A program made the translations under genes and the position numbers. Source: Candidatus Doudnabacteria bacterium RIFCSPHIGHO2_12_FULL_48_16 (lineage in GTDB: Bacteria; Patescibacteriota; Doudnabacteria; UBA920; O2-02-FULL-48-8). Taken from it: a DNA stretch of 64,000 nucleotides. The stretch covers positions 262,343 to 326,342 of the forward strand of contig MFEY01000007.1 in assembly GCA_001780035.1 (NCBI GenBank), in the 5' to 3' direction. The notes beneath the pieces are model-generated. The model searched no databases. It saw nothing but the letters and a program-made list of their open reading frames with translations, and was not told where the DNA came from. Position 1 is the stretch's first letter; every line of letters starts with the position of its first letter. Shown here one piece after another: positions 20,068-30,183 of this stretch.

Positions 20068-20095
20068 AAAAAACTGCGGAATTTTCCGCAGTTTT
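20068..20095. terminator. bidirectional intrinsic terminator
   Basis: AAAAAACTGCGGAA-TT-TTCCGCAGTTTT between convergent genes. Confidence 0.75.
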
Positions 20096-20116
20096 CTTGT
20101 TTCAGTTATCCAATTG

Positions 20117-22867
20117 TCACTGTTTTGTTTGGACGGTGGGGCCGATTGGCAAGGCTAGATCAGCCGGATTGGCCAAAACCAGTGCCGCAAACTGATGGCC
20201 CCAGGAGAAGAAAACTTCCGGGCTCGGAAACGGATATCGGATTTCAGCGCCCAAGAAATAAACCGTGCCGTTTTCACCGATCACGACCGTGCCGCGTGCA
20301 TGGCGGTTGGCGGAATCGGATTTGATGGTGAAAGTTTTGGGCGAACCATAGAGCGCGGCATTGGCCAGGCCGGAGCTGTCGTCCGTATCGATGCCAAATA
20401 TATTGACGGTATGGCGCTTGCCGTCGCGCAAATTGTCTGGAATTCGGAAACTAAATCCGTGCGTGCCACTCGCCCCAAAAACAGCGTTGACATCGTTGCG
20501 CTCAACGCTGGTTGTTACGACCGTGGGGTGGGAGTCCGTGCGGTCGGTGATATCAAAATAAACATGAACCTCGATCGGGGTATTGGGATGATCCTGATCG
20601 ATCACCCAGCCCGAAATTACCCCTCCTTTCGAAATTCCATCCAGCCAGCCGATGGGCTTGGTGTTGGCGCTGGCTGAACCTTCCACCGTCAGAGTGAATT
20701 GTTTACTGGCTGTTATGTTGGAGCTGGTCGTGGTGTTATAAGCGATGACCTGAACGGTAAACACATAGGTTCCGGCCGCAGTGGGCGTGCCGGTGATCAA
20801 GGCGGTAGAATTTTTGAGGCTGGAATTGGCGTCTCCCGGATAATTTAATGTCAAAAGGCGCAATCCGGCCGGCATCGCGCCGGAGGCCAAAGACCAGTTA
20901 TAGGATCCGAGATTTTCCACGACCGGAGCATTGAAAAGATTATAGTAACTAACTCCGGTTTTGGCATTGGACAGCGGGGACGGCGTCGAAATGTTCAGAT
21001 TCTGGCTGGCAGAACTCCAGGTAACAATCAGCCCCTTGCTGTCCGAAACTGCCGGCGAGGCGCCGCTCCAACATTGGATTCCGATGGTCGCATAGGTCAT
21101 GTCTTTGTTCTGCGCATCTTTTTGGCCAGCAACGGCAAATGTCCGGGTCCCCGAAACCGGCAGATTGTCCAGCTTCCAGTTGGTGCCATCGGTCAACCGC
21201 AGCAGAGTCTGGCCGTAAGTGTTGCAGCTGGTGGCGTTGCTGGCACTCCAGGTGATGGTTACGGTACTGGTGCTTCCAATATTTACCGTTGGTTCCTGGT
21301 AACCGGTGCTGGTATAGCCGTTGACCTTGAGATCGACTTTGGGCGCCAGCGAATTACTGACCGTGACTGTTTGGGTTTTGGTGCCGCAAACATTAGGCAG
21401 GCTCGGTGAACAAGCGGTAAAGGTAATGGTATAGGTCCCGGCCGCCGTCCAGGTGTGGCTGTCGTTAAACGGATTCGCCGAATTGTTATTGGCGATATAG
21501 GCCTGGTCGACCTGGTTATCGCCCCAATTGATTTTATAATTTAATCCCGAATCGAACGCGGTGGACCCAGCGGTAAATTGATATTGCGGCAGAGCGTTGA
21601 CCACAGCCGTCGATGGCCCGCTGATCGTTTGATAAGTGATAACCGCATTATTATCGGTTATAAAGACGTAATAAACTGCGCCGTAAATGTTTTCATCAGC
21701 CGTCATGACATACAATTTCGCCGCGCCCAGCGGAAACGTCGCCGGAATGGCGAAGCTGTATGATCCGGCGCCCAGAGTCACCGGCGCGACATCCAGCAGG
21801 CCGCTGGCCAAATTGGACAAATCAGCGCAGCAAGAGCTCAGCCGAATTTTGCCGCTGCCCAAACCAGCGGTGGATTGCCAGAAAACCGTGTGCGCCTGGC
21901 CGCGAGTCCAAGTTGTCTCTGACGTTGGATTGGTGATTGTTATGGTGCCGGTTGCACTAATAATTAAAAAGGGGCTGTCATTGTCATCAAAACCAAGCTG
22001 ATCCGTATATTGTTTTACCACCTGAATGTAATACCCGCTGCCAGGCAGAATAGAACCGGAAGCGTCCGTGACTTGGCCCACTGTCCAGTCATACCACAGC
22101 TGATTATTAACATCGACGGCAATCACGCCGAGTGCCGAACCGTTGCTGCCGTTGTTCTGGACCAAGAACAAAGTGTATCGATCATTGGAACTGGTATTGC
22201 TGTCAGTCCAGGTGATCCGGCTGTTGCTGCCCATGACCAGGGATTCCCCGCCATTGGGGGCGGTCAAACGAACCGCTCCGCCGGACAAGCCGACCACGGT
22301 TTGATTGTTCCCCATAACGTCCACAGTTTTATTATTGGTGACATTGTAAAGTCCCAAATTGTCCTGGGAAGAATAGCCGATAGAGCTTAGTCCCAGTGAA
22401 AACTGGCCGGCCGCGGCCGCGCCGATATCGCCGTAAAGATAAAACGTCCGGGAGCTGTTGGCCGGGATGATCGGGCCGCCGGTCCAGGCGGTCTGCGCGG
22501 AAGCGGTATGGATGCTGCCGGAATCCGTGATCAACTGATTCATGGTCCAATAACATTCCCGGCCGCCGGTGACCTGAGCGCAAATTTGAATATTTTTGAT
22601 CGATGTGTCGGAACCTTCCCAGCGGTAATTATAAGTGGCATAACCTTTAACCGTGACTTGATTCAAAGCGACGCTCTGATCCGCGGTGGTAATTTTAAAT
22701 ATCGTAAAATTGACGCCTGTCAGGCCATAACCCACCGAAGCCGGCAAGGGAGAAGCCGCATCCAAGGTCACTGTGACGGTTGCTAGGGCATCCGCAGAAT
22801 TGGCGGGAACAAAAAAAGCCGCCCCGAACAGTGCGACCAGCAACAGACTCTGAAAAAGTTTTTTCAT
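20117..22867 (-). CDS. large secreted surface protein with Ig-like/PKD-like domains
   Basis: signal peptide; TAPNGGE, INWGD...HTWTAAGTY, ITGTPTAAGTYVFTV, PIGWLD...HGFSF motifs. Confidence 0.82.
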   Translation of the reverse strand: MKKLFQSLLLVALFGAAFFVPANSADALATVTVTLDAASPLPASVGYGLTGVNFTIFKITTADQSVALNQVTVKGYATYNYRWEGSDTSIKNIQICAQVTGGRECYWTMNQLITDSGSIHTASAQTAWTGGPIIPANSSRTFYLYGDIGAAAAGQFSLGLSSIGYSSQDNLGLYNVTNNKTVDVMGNNQTVVGLSGGAVRLTAPNGGESLVMGSNSRITWTDSNTSSNDRYTLFLVQNNGSNGSALGVIAVDVNNQLWYDWTVGQVTDASGSILPGSGYYIQVVKQYTDQLGFDDNDSPFLIISATGTITITNPTSETTWTRGQAHTVFWQSTAGLGSGKIRLSSCCADLSNLASGLLDVAPVTLGAGSYSFAIPATFPLGAAKLYVMTADENIYGAVYYVFITDNNAVITYQTISGPSTAVVNALPQYQFTAGSTAFDSGLNYKINWGDNQVDQAYIANNNSANPFNDSHTWTAAGTYTITFTACSPSLPNVCGTKTQTVTVSNSLAPKVDLKVNGYTSTGYQEPTVNIGSTSTVTITWSASNATSCNTYGQTLLRLTDGTNWKLDNLPVSGTRTFAVAGQKDAQNKDMTYATIGIQCWSGASPAVSDSKGLIVTWSSASQNLNISTPSPLSNAKTGVSYYNLFNAPVVENLGSYNWSLASGAMPAGLRLLTLNYPGDANSSLKNSTALITGTPTAAGTYVFTVQVIAYNTTTSSNITASKQFTLTVEGSASANTKPIGWLDGISKGGVISGWVIDQDHPNTPIEVHVYFDITDRTDSHPTVVTTSVERNDVNAVFGASGTHGFSFRIPDNLRDGKRHTVNIFGIDTDDSSGLANAALYGSPKTFTIKSDSANRHARGTVVIGENGTVYFLGAEIRYPFPSPEVFFSWGHQFAALVLANPADLALPIGPTVQTKQ

Positions 22868-22937
22868 GAATATAATAAATTATATTTTGATCTTACATAT
22901 ATTATAGCACATTTAAGGAAATTTAGCAAATAAAAAT

Positions 22938-23285
22938 TCATTCGGTCACCGTTACCGAGCCTTTGAGAGTTTTATTCAGATGATCTTTGTAAGCCCAAAT
23001 CCCCGGCCGGGTAAAAGTCACGGAGTAAGTTTGGCCGGCGGGAATACCCTGCAACGAATCAAATCCCGGCAAATCCGACTCTGGCCAGTGCGGTCTGCTG
23101 TCTTCATTTTTAAAAATCACCTGCGTGCCTTGTTTGACCGTCAACTCGGCCGGACTGAAACCGTCCTTGGTGATACTAACTTCTGCACTCAAGCCGACCG
23201 GTTCAGTATTGGGCGAATTTTTCTTGCCGCAAGCGCTGGCCGCGACCACTACCAACAAAGCCAACAAAATCAGTTTGTATTGCAT
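22938..23285 (-). CDS. cupredoxin-fold lipoprotein
   Basis: lipobox ASAC; FSPAELTVKQGTQV.F.N...H...G.W.Y.DHL. Confidence 0.75.
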   Translation of the reverse strand: MQYKLILLALLVVVAASACGKKNSPNTEPVGLSAEVSITKDGFSPAELTVKQGTQVIFKNEDSRPHWPESDLPGFDSLQGIPAGQTYSVTFTRPGIWAYKDHLNKTLKGSVTVTE

Positions 23286-23287
23286 AA

Positions 23288-24550
23288 TCAGTTTCCTCTC
23301 GACTCCATGGCGTCGGCGATGCGCTTGAGCGCCAAAATAAAAGCAGCGTTGCGGAAGTCGGTCTGGTATTTTTCGCGTTCCCGCAAAATATTTTTCCAGG
23401 CTTCGACCATATAACCGGTCAGTTTTTTGAGCACCTCGTCTCGGCCCCAATAAAAACCGGACAGGTTCTGGCTCCACTCGAGGTAGGACGTGGCCACGCC
23501 GCCGGAATTGGCCAGCACATCCGGCACGACCCAGACCCCGCGGCGGTGCAAAATCACGTCCGCTTCCGGAGTGGTCGGGCCATTAGCCATTTCAACAATC
23601 AGCTTGGCTTGGATTTTTTTGGCGTTGCCTTTGTGAATCTGATTTTCCAAAGCGGCCGGGACCAAAACATCCACCGGCAATTGCAATAATTTTTCATTGG
23701 TCAGATTCACCGCGCCGGGGAAGTGGGTCAGCGAACCCAGCGCTTTTTTATGCGCTTCCACTTTGCCAATATCCAAACCGCGGGGATTATAAATGGCGCC
23801 CTGGGAATCGGAAACCGCCACGACCTTAAAGCCAGCCGCATTCGCCAGGCGGGCAAAAAACAAACCGACATTGCCAAACCCCTGAATCGCCACACTGGCA
23901 CCGCGCTTGAGCCGCAACGCGTTCGCTGCTTGCTTAAGGATGACCACGCCCCCAAAACCCGTGGCTTCTTCGCGCCCGCGAGAGCCGCCCAAATGCAGCG
24001 GCTTGCCCGTAATCACCGCCGGCTGCCAGCTGCCGACCAGTTTGGAATATTCGTCTGCCATCCAGGCCATGATTTCCGGGGTCGTATTGACATCCGGCGC
24101 CGGCACATCGACATGGGGGCCGATATCTTTGTAAATTAGGCCGATAAACTGCCGCGAGAGGCGTTCGAGTTCGCGTTTGGACAATTTCTTGGGATTGACC
24201 ACGATGCCGCCCTTGCCACCGCCGTAAGGCACGCCGACCACGGCATTTTTGATGGCCATCCAAAATGCCAGGGCTTTGATTTCATCTAGGTTCACCTGAG
24301 GATGAAAGCGCAGGCCGCCTTTGAATGGACCGCGGGCATCATTGTATTGCACACGAAAACCTTCGAAAACTTTGAGCTCGCCATTGTCCATTTCAACCGG
24401 CACCGAAACCGATAAAGTGCGCTTCGGGGATTTGAGTTGGCTTAAAACGCGCGGGTTCAATTTGAGAATCTGGGCCGCATTCGCCAGCTGCTGCATCGCG
24501 GATTTAAAGGGATTGATTTTAGCCATAAACATCTGATTAAGTTTGGTCAT
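23288..24550 (-). CDS. gdhA: Glu/Leu/Phe/Val dehydrogenase (glutamate dehydrogenase)
   Basis: GPFKGGLRFHP, GGGKGG, DVPAPDVNT, QGFGNVG, ANSGGV. Confidence 0.92.
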   Translation of the reverse strand: MTKLNQMFMAKINPFKSAMQQLANAAQILKLNPRVLSQLKSPKRTLSVSVPVEMDNGELKVFEGFRVQYNDARGPFKGGLRFHPQVNLDEIKALAFWMAIKNAVVGVPYGGGKGGIVVNPKKLSKRELERLSRQFIGLIYKDIGPHVDVPAPDVNTTPEIMAWMADEYSKLVGSWQPAVITGKPLHLGGSRGREEATGFGGVVILKQAANALRLKRGASVAIQGFGNVGLFFARLANAAGFKVVAVSDSQGAIYNPRGLDIGKVEAHKKALGSLTHFPGAVNLTNEKLLQLPVDVLVPAALENQIHKGNAKKIQAKLIVEMANGPTTPEADVILHRRGVWVVPDVLANSGGVATSYLEWSQNLSGFYWGRDEVLKKLTGYMVEAWKNILREREKYQTDFRNAAFILALKRIADAMESRGN

Positions 24551-24650
24551 TATATCACCGCGGCGGAAAATAAAAAAGCCGGGTCCGGAAGCAGTAATCG
24601 CCTCGGACCCGGGGTCTTGCACGCGCCCGTGAGTCATCCGTCGTCTCCCT

Positions 24651-24857
24651 CTACCCGAGCTCTTTTACCATGTCCTCGCCGAGTTGGCGGGACTCCAGCA
24701 CGATTTTGCGTCGAAGCCGACGGCCGAGCCGGGTCTGCCGGCTCGTCGTCACCAGTTCGTGCCCGAAGGTCCGAACCAGCGACTTGAACGCATGACAGAC
24801 GAAATACTTCCTGTCGTCCGTGGTCTGCACTCGAGTTCGCTTGCTACTGCGATTCAT
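24651..24857 (-). CDS. small basic hypothetical protein
   Basis: own TTGACA-N17-TATACT promoter, GAGGAG SD, downstream terminator hairpin. Confidence 0.6.
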   Translation of the reverse strand: MNRSSKRTRVQTTDDRKYFVCHAFKSLVRTFGHELVTTSRQTRLGRRLRRKIVLESRQLGEDMVKELG

Positions 24858-24973
24858 CTACTCCTCACCCCCCTTCAGTTGGACATTAGAGTATAATTGC
24901 TTCCGCTCCGTATGTCAATGGCTCAATCAAAAAAACCCCGCCTCTGGCGAGAGGCGAGGTTGGAAAAATCGGG

Positions 24974-25903
24974 CTAGCCCTGATCCATATGGAGGTATTT
25001 TTCGGCGTCGAGCGCGGCCATGCAACCCATACCCGCGGCCGTGACCGCCTGGCGGTAGCGGTAATCCCGCACATCGCCGGCGACAAATATGCCGGCCACG
25101 TTGGTTTTGGTCTGATCCGTCGGTTCAATATACCCTTTGGCATCCAGCGTAATTTGGCCCTTGAAAATTTCGGTATTCGGCTTATGACCAATGGCCACGA
25201 ATGTCCCGCCGGCCGGCAATTCTTCGGTCTGGCCGGACACCGCATCCTTGATTCTTAATCCCGTCAGATAATCGGCGCCCAAAAATTCTTCCACCGTCTT
25301 ATTGTAAAGCACGCCGATTTTGGGATTGGCCAGGGCGCGATCCTGCATGATCTTGGAGGCGCGCAGCTTATCGCTGCGATTGAGGACTGTAACTTTGGTG
25401 GCAAATTTAGTCAGATATAAAGCCTCTTCCAGGGCTGCATCCCCGCCACCGATGACCGCCACTTCCTTGCCCTTAAAAAAGAACCCGTCGCAGGTGGCGC
25501 AGGACGAAACGCCCTTGCCGCGCAGCCGTTCTTCGGACGGCAACCCCAGCCAGAGTGAAGAAGCGCCGGTGGCGATAATCACGCTCTCGGCCATATGGTC
25601 CTCATGGCCGGCTGAGACTTTGAACGGCTTATGGGAAAAATCAACCTTGGTCGCGTCATCATAAATGATTTTGGCGCCAAAGCGTTCCGCCTGCTCAATC
25701 ATGGCCTGCATTAACTCCGGACCCTGCACCCCTTTCGGGAAGCCGGGAAAATTTTCCACTTCGGTGGTGATCATGAGCTGGCCGCCAAACGTTAAGCCCC
25801 CGATGACGAGCGGGTTTAAGTTCGCCCGTGCCGCATACAAAGCCGCAGTCAACCCGGCGGGGCCGGAACCGATAATTATGAGCTTATGAATTTCTGATTT
25901 CAT
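24974..25903 (-). CDS. trxB: thioredoxin-disulfide reductase
   Basis: GSGPAG, ENFPGF, CATCDG, GGGDAALEEA, AGDV..YRQA. Confidence 0.95.
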   Translation of the reverse strand: MKSEIHKLIIIGSGPAGLTAALYAARANLNPLVIGGLTFGGQLMITTEVENFPGFPKGVQGPELMQAMIEQAERFGAKIIYDDATKVDFSHKPFKVSAGHEDHMAESVIIATGASSLWLGLPSEERLRGKGVSSCATCDGFFFKGKEVAVIGGGDAALEEALYLTKFATKVTVLNRSDKLRASKIMQDRALANPKIGVLYNKTVEEFLGADYLTGLRIKDAVSGQTEELPAGGTFVAIGHKPNTEIFKGQITLDAKGYIEPTDQTKTNVAGIFVAGDVRDYRYRQAVTAAGMGCMAALDAEKYLHMDQG

Positions 25904-25936
25904 GATTCCTGCCTGCCCGCCCATTTGGCGGGATTC

Positions 25937-26896
25937 TTAATTCTTTATTCGTTTGATCTGCGTCCAATCCGAGGTAATCCCGGCTGCTCCTTGCGCCTGC
26001 TGCAGCCAGTCGTAACAGGCCAGGGCGGCCGTGGCCGCCTCGCCGGCGGAAATCACCGCTTGCTTGTAGTTGCGGTTGGTGCAATCCCCGGCGGCAAAAA
26101 TTCCCAGCACCGAGGTTTGTTGATCGGCATTGACGATCACTTGGCGCCGGTCATCTAACTTTACTATATTCGCGACCATTTGTGAATTCACGACATAGCC
26201 CAGTTCCACAAATATTCCGTCCACGGCCAAGCTGCTGACCGTTTCGGTCCGGGTATTAAGCAACTTCATTCCCTTGACCGTCTGGTCGCCGTAAATTTCT
26301 TGGACCTGGGCAAATCCGACCAATTCGACATTCGGTTTTTTAAACAAGGCCTTGGACAGCTGCGGGTGAGCGACAAATTTATCAGTTTTGCTGAGCACCA
26401 AAATTTTCTTGGCGGATTTGCTCAGCAGCAACGCGCAATCGGCCGCGATATCGCCGATCCCGACCACGGCTACGACTTTATTTTTGAACAGCGGCGCATC
26501 ACAGGTCGCGCAGTAACTCACGCCCCGGCCTTTGAATTGCTCCTCGCCCGGGATTCCCAAATCCTGCGGCGTTTTGCCGTAAGCCAAAATCACGGCGGCG
26601 GATTTGTATTGACGGCCATACGCGGAGGTCACAAAACAGTTCGGACCGGCTTTAAGCGCGCCCACTTCCCCCTGGAGAAATTCCACGCCGTGCTTTTCCG
26701 CCTGCTTGCGAATCTGGCGGCTCAGCTCCAAACCGCCGATTTCTTCGACCCCAGGATAATTCTCGATGGCGTCGGTGTAATTGGCCTGGCCGCCCACATC
26801 CTTGCCGATAACTAAAACCTTAAGGCCGCGGCGCGCCAGATACAAACTGGCGGTCCAGCCGGCCACTCCCGCTCCGACGATAATGACATCGTTCAT
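25937..26896 (-). CDS. second thioredoxin reductase-like flavoprotein
   Basis: GAGVAG, ENYPG, CATCDA, AAGDC; degenerate NADPH motif GIGDIA. Confidence 0.88.
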   Translation of the reverse strand: MNDVIIVGAGVAGWTASLYLARRGLKVLVIGKDVGGQANYTDAIENYPGVEEIGGLELSRQIRKQAEKHGVEFLQGEVGALKAGPNCFVTSAYGRQYKSAAVILAYGKTPQDLGIPGEEQFKGRGVSYCATCDAPLFKNKVVAVVGIGDIAADCALLLSKSAKKILVLSKTDKFVAHPQLSKALFKKPNVELVGFAQVQEIYGDQTVKGMKLLNTRTETVSSLAVDGIFVELGYVVNSQMVANIVKLDDRRQVIVNADQQTSVLGIFAAGDCTNRNYKQAVISAGEAATAALACYDWLQQAQGAAGITSDWTQIKRIKN

Positions 26897-27720
26897 GACC
26901 GCATAACATTTAATACCGTATTTTCCAAAAGCTTGGCCACGGTAATCGGGCCGACTCCGCCGGGAGTCGGCGTAATCAAACTCGCCACCCGGCTGACCGC
27001 TTCAAATTCCACATCGCCGAACATTTTTTTGTCCCGAAACGACACTCCGGCATCAATCACCACGGCGCCGGATTTGACCATGTCCCCTTTGATCATTTCC
27101 GCTTTACCCACGCCAGTGATCAAAATATCGGCCTGGCGAGTCAGGCTGGCGAGGTTGTTGGTTTCCTTGCCGCAAACCGTCAAGGTTACCGGCATTTGCA
27201 GCAGCAGGTTGGCCAAAGGCTTGCCGATCAGTTCGCCCTGGCCGACCAGCACGACATGCTGGCCCGAAACCGGGATCTTATAATAATTTAAGACTTCCAG
27301 AATCGCGCCGGGTGTGGGCGGGATCAGCTCATTTTCCCCGATCACCAGCTTGCCCAATGACTCCCAGGACAGATAATCCACGTCGAGCAGTGGATCAATG
27401 GCATTTAAGACCTGGCGCTTGTCGATTCCGGGCGGGAGCGGGAGCTGAACGATGATGCCGGATAAATCCTGGGTTTGAATTTTTTTCAATTCCGCAATCA
27501 ATTGCTTCGTGTCCGTATCCGCCGGATAAGGATAAAGGGAAAATTTGACGCCGATTGATTGGGCCGCTTCCTGTTTTTTGCGGACATAAGTTTGTGAGGC
27601 CGGATCGGAGCCAACCAAAATTACCGCAAGATGCGGCTTCAGTTTCAAGCGGATGATTTTATCTTTGAGGCCAGCCAAAATCCCCTCCGAGATCAGGCGC
27701 CCATCCACTATTCTTGACAT
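26893..27720 (-). CDS. folD: methylenetetrahydrofolate dehydrogenase/cyclohydrolase
   Basis: YVRKK, GIIVQLPLP, TPTPGGVGPITV. Confidence 0.94.
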   Translation of the reverse strand: MSRIVDGRLISEGILAGLKDKIIRLKLKPHLAVILVGSDPASQTYVRKKQEAAQSIGVKFSLYPYPADTDTKQLIAELKKIQTQDLSGIIVQLPLPPGIDKRQVLNAIDPLLDVDYLSWESLGKLVIGENELIPPTPGAILEVLNYYKIPVSGQHVVLVGQGELIGKPLANLLLQMPVTLTVCGKETNNLASLTRQADILITGVGKAEMIKGDMVKSGAVVIDAGVSFRDKKMFGDVEFEAVSRVASLITPTPGGVGPITVAKLLENTVLNVMRS

Positions 27721-27921
27721 AATTTAGTATCCGGGTATAATAGTAATCTATTTCAAAAATCTTGCGGTGATCCACACAACCGAATAGTTAATCACCAATC
27801 ATCTCCGATCACCCGGAGCTGGGGTTGAATTTTTCCCCGGTGACTTAAATACCCCAGTATCTTAGCAAATTTAGGCCAAAAACCCAACTTGTAACACATA
27901 ACTAAGTCCCGCGATTAACTT

Positions 27922-28461
27922 ATGGTAGAAGAAGCACAAATCCAGCAATTGGTGGCCAAAGCCAAGCAACAGGATAGGGTCGCTTTTGCGCAGATTTACG
28001 ACACTTTTGCCCAGCAACTCTATAATTTTCTTCTGGGTAAATTGGCCCACAAGGAAACGGCCGAAGACCTGCTCCAAACCGTATTTTTGAAAGCTTGGAG
28101 CAATTTAAACAAATACGAACCGCGAGCCAACGCCAAATTCTCGACCTGGTTGTTTCAAATAGCGAACTTTACGCTGATCGATCATTGGCGGACCCGGAAA
28201 CCGACTGTGGAAATCAACGAAATCGAGAACCTGGTGCAATTCGCGCAAAAGCCAAAACTTTACGAAGAATATGCCTATCTGTCGCAAGCCCTGCAAACTC
28301 TGCCCTTGGCATATCAGACCGTGCTCGACTTGCGATTCCGCCAGGATTTATCAGTTGAGGAAGCCGCTCATATCATGAATAAAAGCCGGGTCAGCATTCG
28401 CGTGCTCCAGCATCGGGCGATCCGAGCACTGCGCAAAAAACTTGGGGACAAAGCAATCTAA
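27922..28461 (+). CDS. ECF-type RNA polymerase sigma factor
   Basis: AEDLLQTVFLKAW, FSTWLFQIA.F..IDH.R, region 4 HTH; TGTAAC...CGAT ECF-like promoter just upstream. Confidence 0.92.
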   Translation: MVEEAQIQQLVAKAKQQDRVAFAQIYDTFAQQLYNFLLGKLAHKETAEDLLQTVFLKAWSNLNKYEPRANAKFSTWLFQIANFTLIDHWRTRKPTVEINEIENLVQFAQKPKLYEEYAYLSQALQTLPLAYQTVLDLRFRQDLSVEEAAHIMNKSRVSIRVLQHRAIRALRKKLGDKAI

Positions 28462-28470
28462 ATAATAATC

Positions 28471-29190
28471 ATGAATCTTTTTAACTCCGAATTGAACAAT
28501 AAAATTATCCGGCAACTGCAGGCGGCTCGCCAAAATTTTGAATTTGACCAAGCTGGCATAAAAAAACGCCTTCTATCGGCTATGGACTCGCCGCAGTCCC
28601 ATCCGTTAGGTTATTCCGAATTGCCTACGAGATTTACTTTTATAGTTCTAGCGGGGGTTGCCACTACAATATTGGCAGCCACCGCTACTTTTTTAATAGC
28701 CGCCGAATCCGCTCCGGGTGACAGCCTGTTTGCGGTGAATAAATTCCGGGAACAGCTGATTCTGTCCCTGCCCCTGGCACCCCAAAAGCGCATCGAGGTC
28801 ACTGCTGACATCGTGCAAAGCCGCTTTGAGGCGGTGGACCGGATCGATGAACAAGATATGCGGCAAACCGGCCAGTTAATGTTAAAAAGATTGGAAACCG
28901 TCAACGAATCACGGGCGAGTTTTCAGCAAGCCGTGGATGCGATCAGCCTTAAGCAAACGGATTTGGAACAAACTGGCCAGAATCAAGCCGCGACTGCACT
29001 GGATTCGGTCTTGTCCAACCTGACCCAAATGGCGGATAAACGGGCCGAAGTCATCAATAAATGGGTCCAACGATCCGATGATCAATCGGAGCGGGATGAA
29101 ATCCGTTCCAGCCTTAAGTTGTTTGAGCAAACCCGGGACCAAGCCCGGCAGCAGCTCAACCGCCGCTACAAACAAACACCGACAGAGTAA
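28471..29190 (+). CDS. DUF5667-like membrane protein, candidate anti-sigma factor
   Basis: single TM followed by AESAPGDSLFAVNKFREQL; directly downstream of the ECF sigma. Confidence 0.7.
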   Translation: MNLFNSELNNKIIRQLQAARQNFEFDQAGIKKRLLSAMDSPQSHPLGYSELPTRFTFIVLAGVATTILAATATFLIAAESAPGDSLFAVNKFREQLILSLPLAPQKRIEVTADIVQSRFEAVDRIDEQDMRQTGQLMLKRLETVNESRASFQQAVDAISLKQTDLEQTGQNQAATALDSVLSNLTQMADKRAEVINKWVQRSDDQSERDEIRSSLKLFEQTRDQARQQLNRRYKQTPTE

Positions 29191-29204
29191 AGGTCGGTGT
29201 TTGT

Positions 29205-29960
29205 TTAGTCCAGATATTTGACGGTATGATTGAGGAACTCCTGTTCCAGGGATAAATGCCGTTGCACTCCGTCCCAGATCAGATATTTGTTTTCATGATC
29301 AAAACTTAGTTTTTCCAAAAGCTCATGGGCCAAGGTCAGGCCCTGAGTTTCATACACGGCCAGCGAGTTGATGATTTCAAAATCTTTTACCGAATAATTT
29401 TCCAATTTGCAGCAAAGCTGCCGGATGGCTTTGAACTTCGGCCCGATCAGAGTCCAATAACAGACCAAGGCGCCCAGGCCGGTCGGCCACTCGGAACTGG
29501 AATAAAGTTCCGACAATTCCGCAATATAATTCCGAGTTGCCTCTTTCGGCTCCAGCCGCATCAGTTCCTCGGCCGTTAAACCCAAAACCTGAAACAAACT
29601 AACCCAGAGCACGCGCAGCTCGTCTCCCGATTTGACACTAAATCGGCTTTCCAGCACGGCCACAGCCGGTTCCGCCGCGGGATCGGACGATTCAGACAGA
29701 TTGGCCAAGGCAAATTTCAAAAACCCCGGCTCGCTGTCCTTCTCGCTCCACATCGCCTGCTGGACCAAAAATAACTGCGTTAAAAATTTCCGCAATTTTT
29801 GCCCCTCGGCTTTGGCATTCTCGATTTTGGCCATAACCGGCCAGCGGCCGACTTCGTGGATGATATAATCGACCAGCCAGACGATAAACTGGCCGCCCAC
29901 AAATTCCTGGATTGCCTGGTCGGAATTAGTCACGGAAGTTAGGTTATTTGCGTCAGTCAT
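29205..29960 (-). CDS. hypothetical helical protein, possibly heme-oxygenase-like/TenA-PqqC fold
   Basis: long ORF; LW..L...LGL.AEEL...EP..AT..Y...L..LY...GLGAL pattern. Confidence 0.55.
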   Translation of the reverse strand: MTDANNLTSVTNSDQAIQEFVGGQFIVWLVDYIIHEVGRWPVMAKIENAKAEGQKLRKFLTQLFLVQQAMWSEKDSEPGFLKFALANLSESSDPAAEPAVAVLESRFSVKSGDELRVLWVSLFQVLGLTAEELMRLEPKEATRNYIAELSELYSSSEWPTGLGALVCYWTLIGPKFKAIRQLCCKLENYSVKDFEIINSLAVYETQGLTLAHELLEKLSFDHENKYLIWDGVQRHLSLEQEFLNHTVKYLD

Positions 29961-30183
29961 ACCACTATAGTAAGATAAACGGGGCACATAATCAAATTAA
30001 TGAAATATAATTGATGTTAGAGATACTTGGAGGGGTTCTGAATATAATCAAAAGCGGGTTCATTCTTTTCGGCCGCCGCATCAACAAACTGTTGCCAAAG
30101 CATTCCAACTCCCACAAATAAGTGAGGGATTGACAAGCGGCAGCAAAACTGCTATTATATTGGGCTAATTAAATATTACCTAT

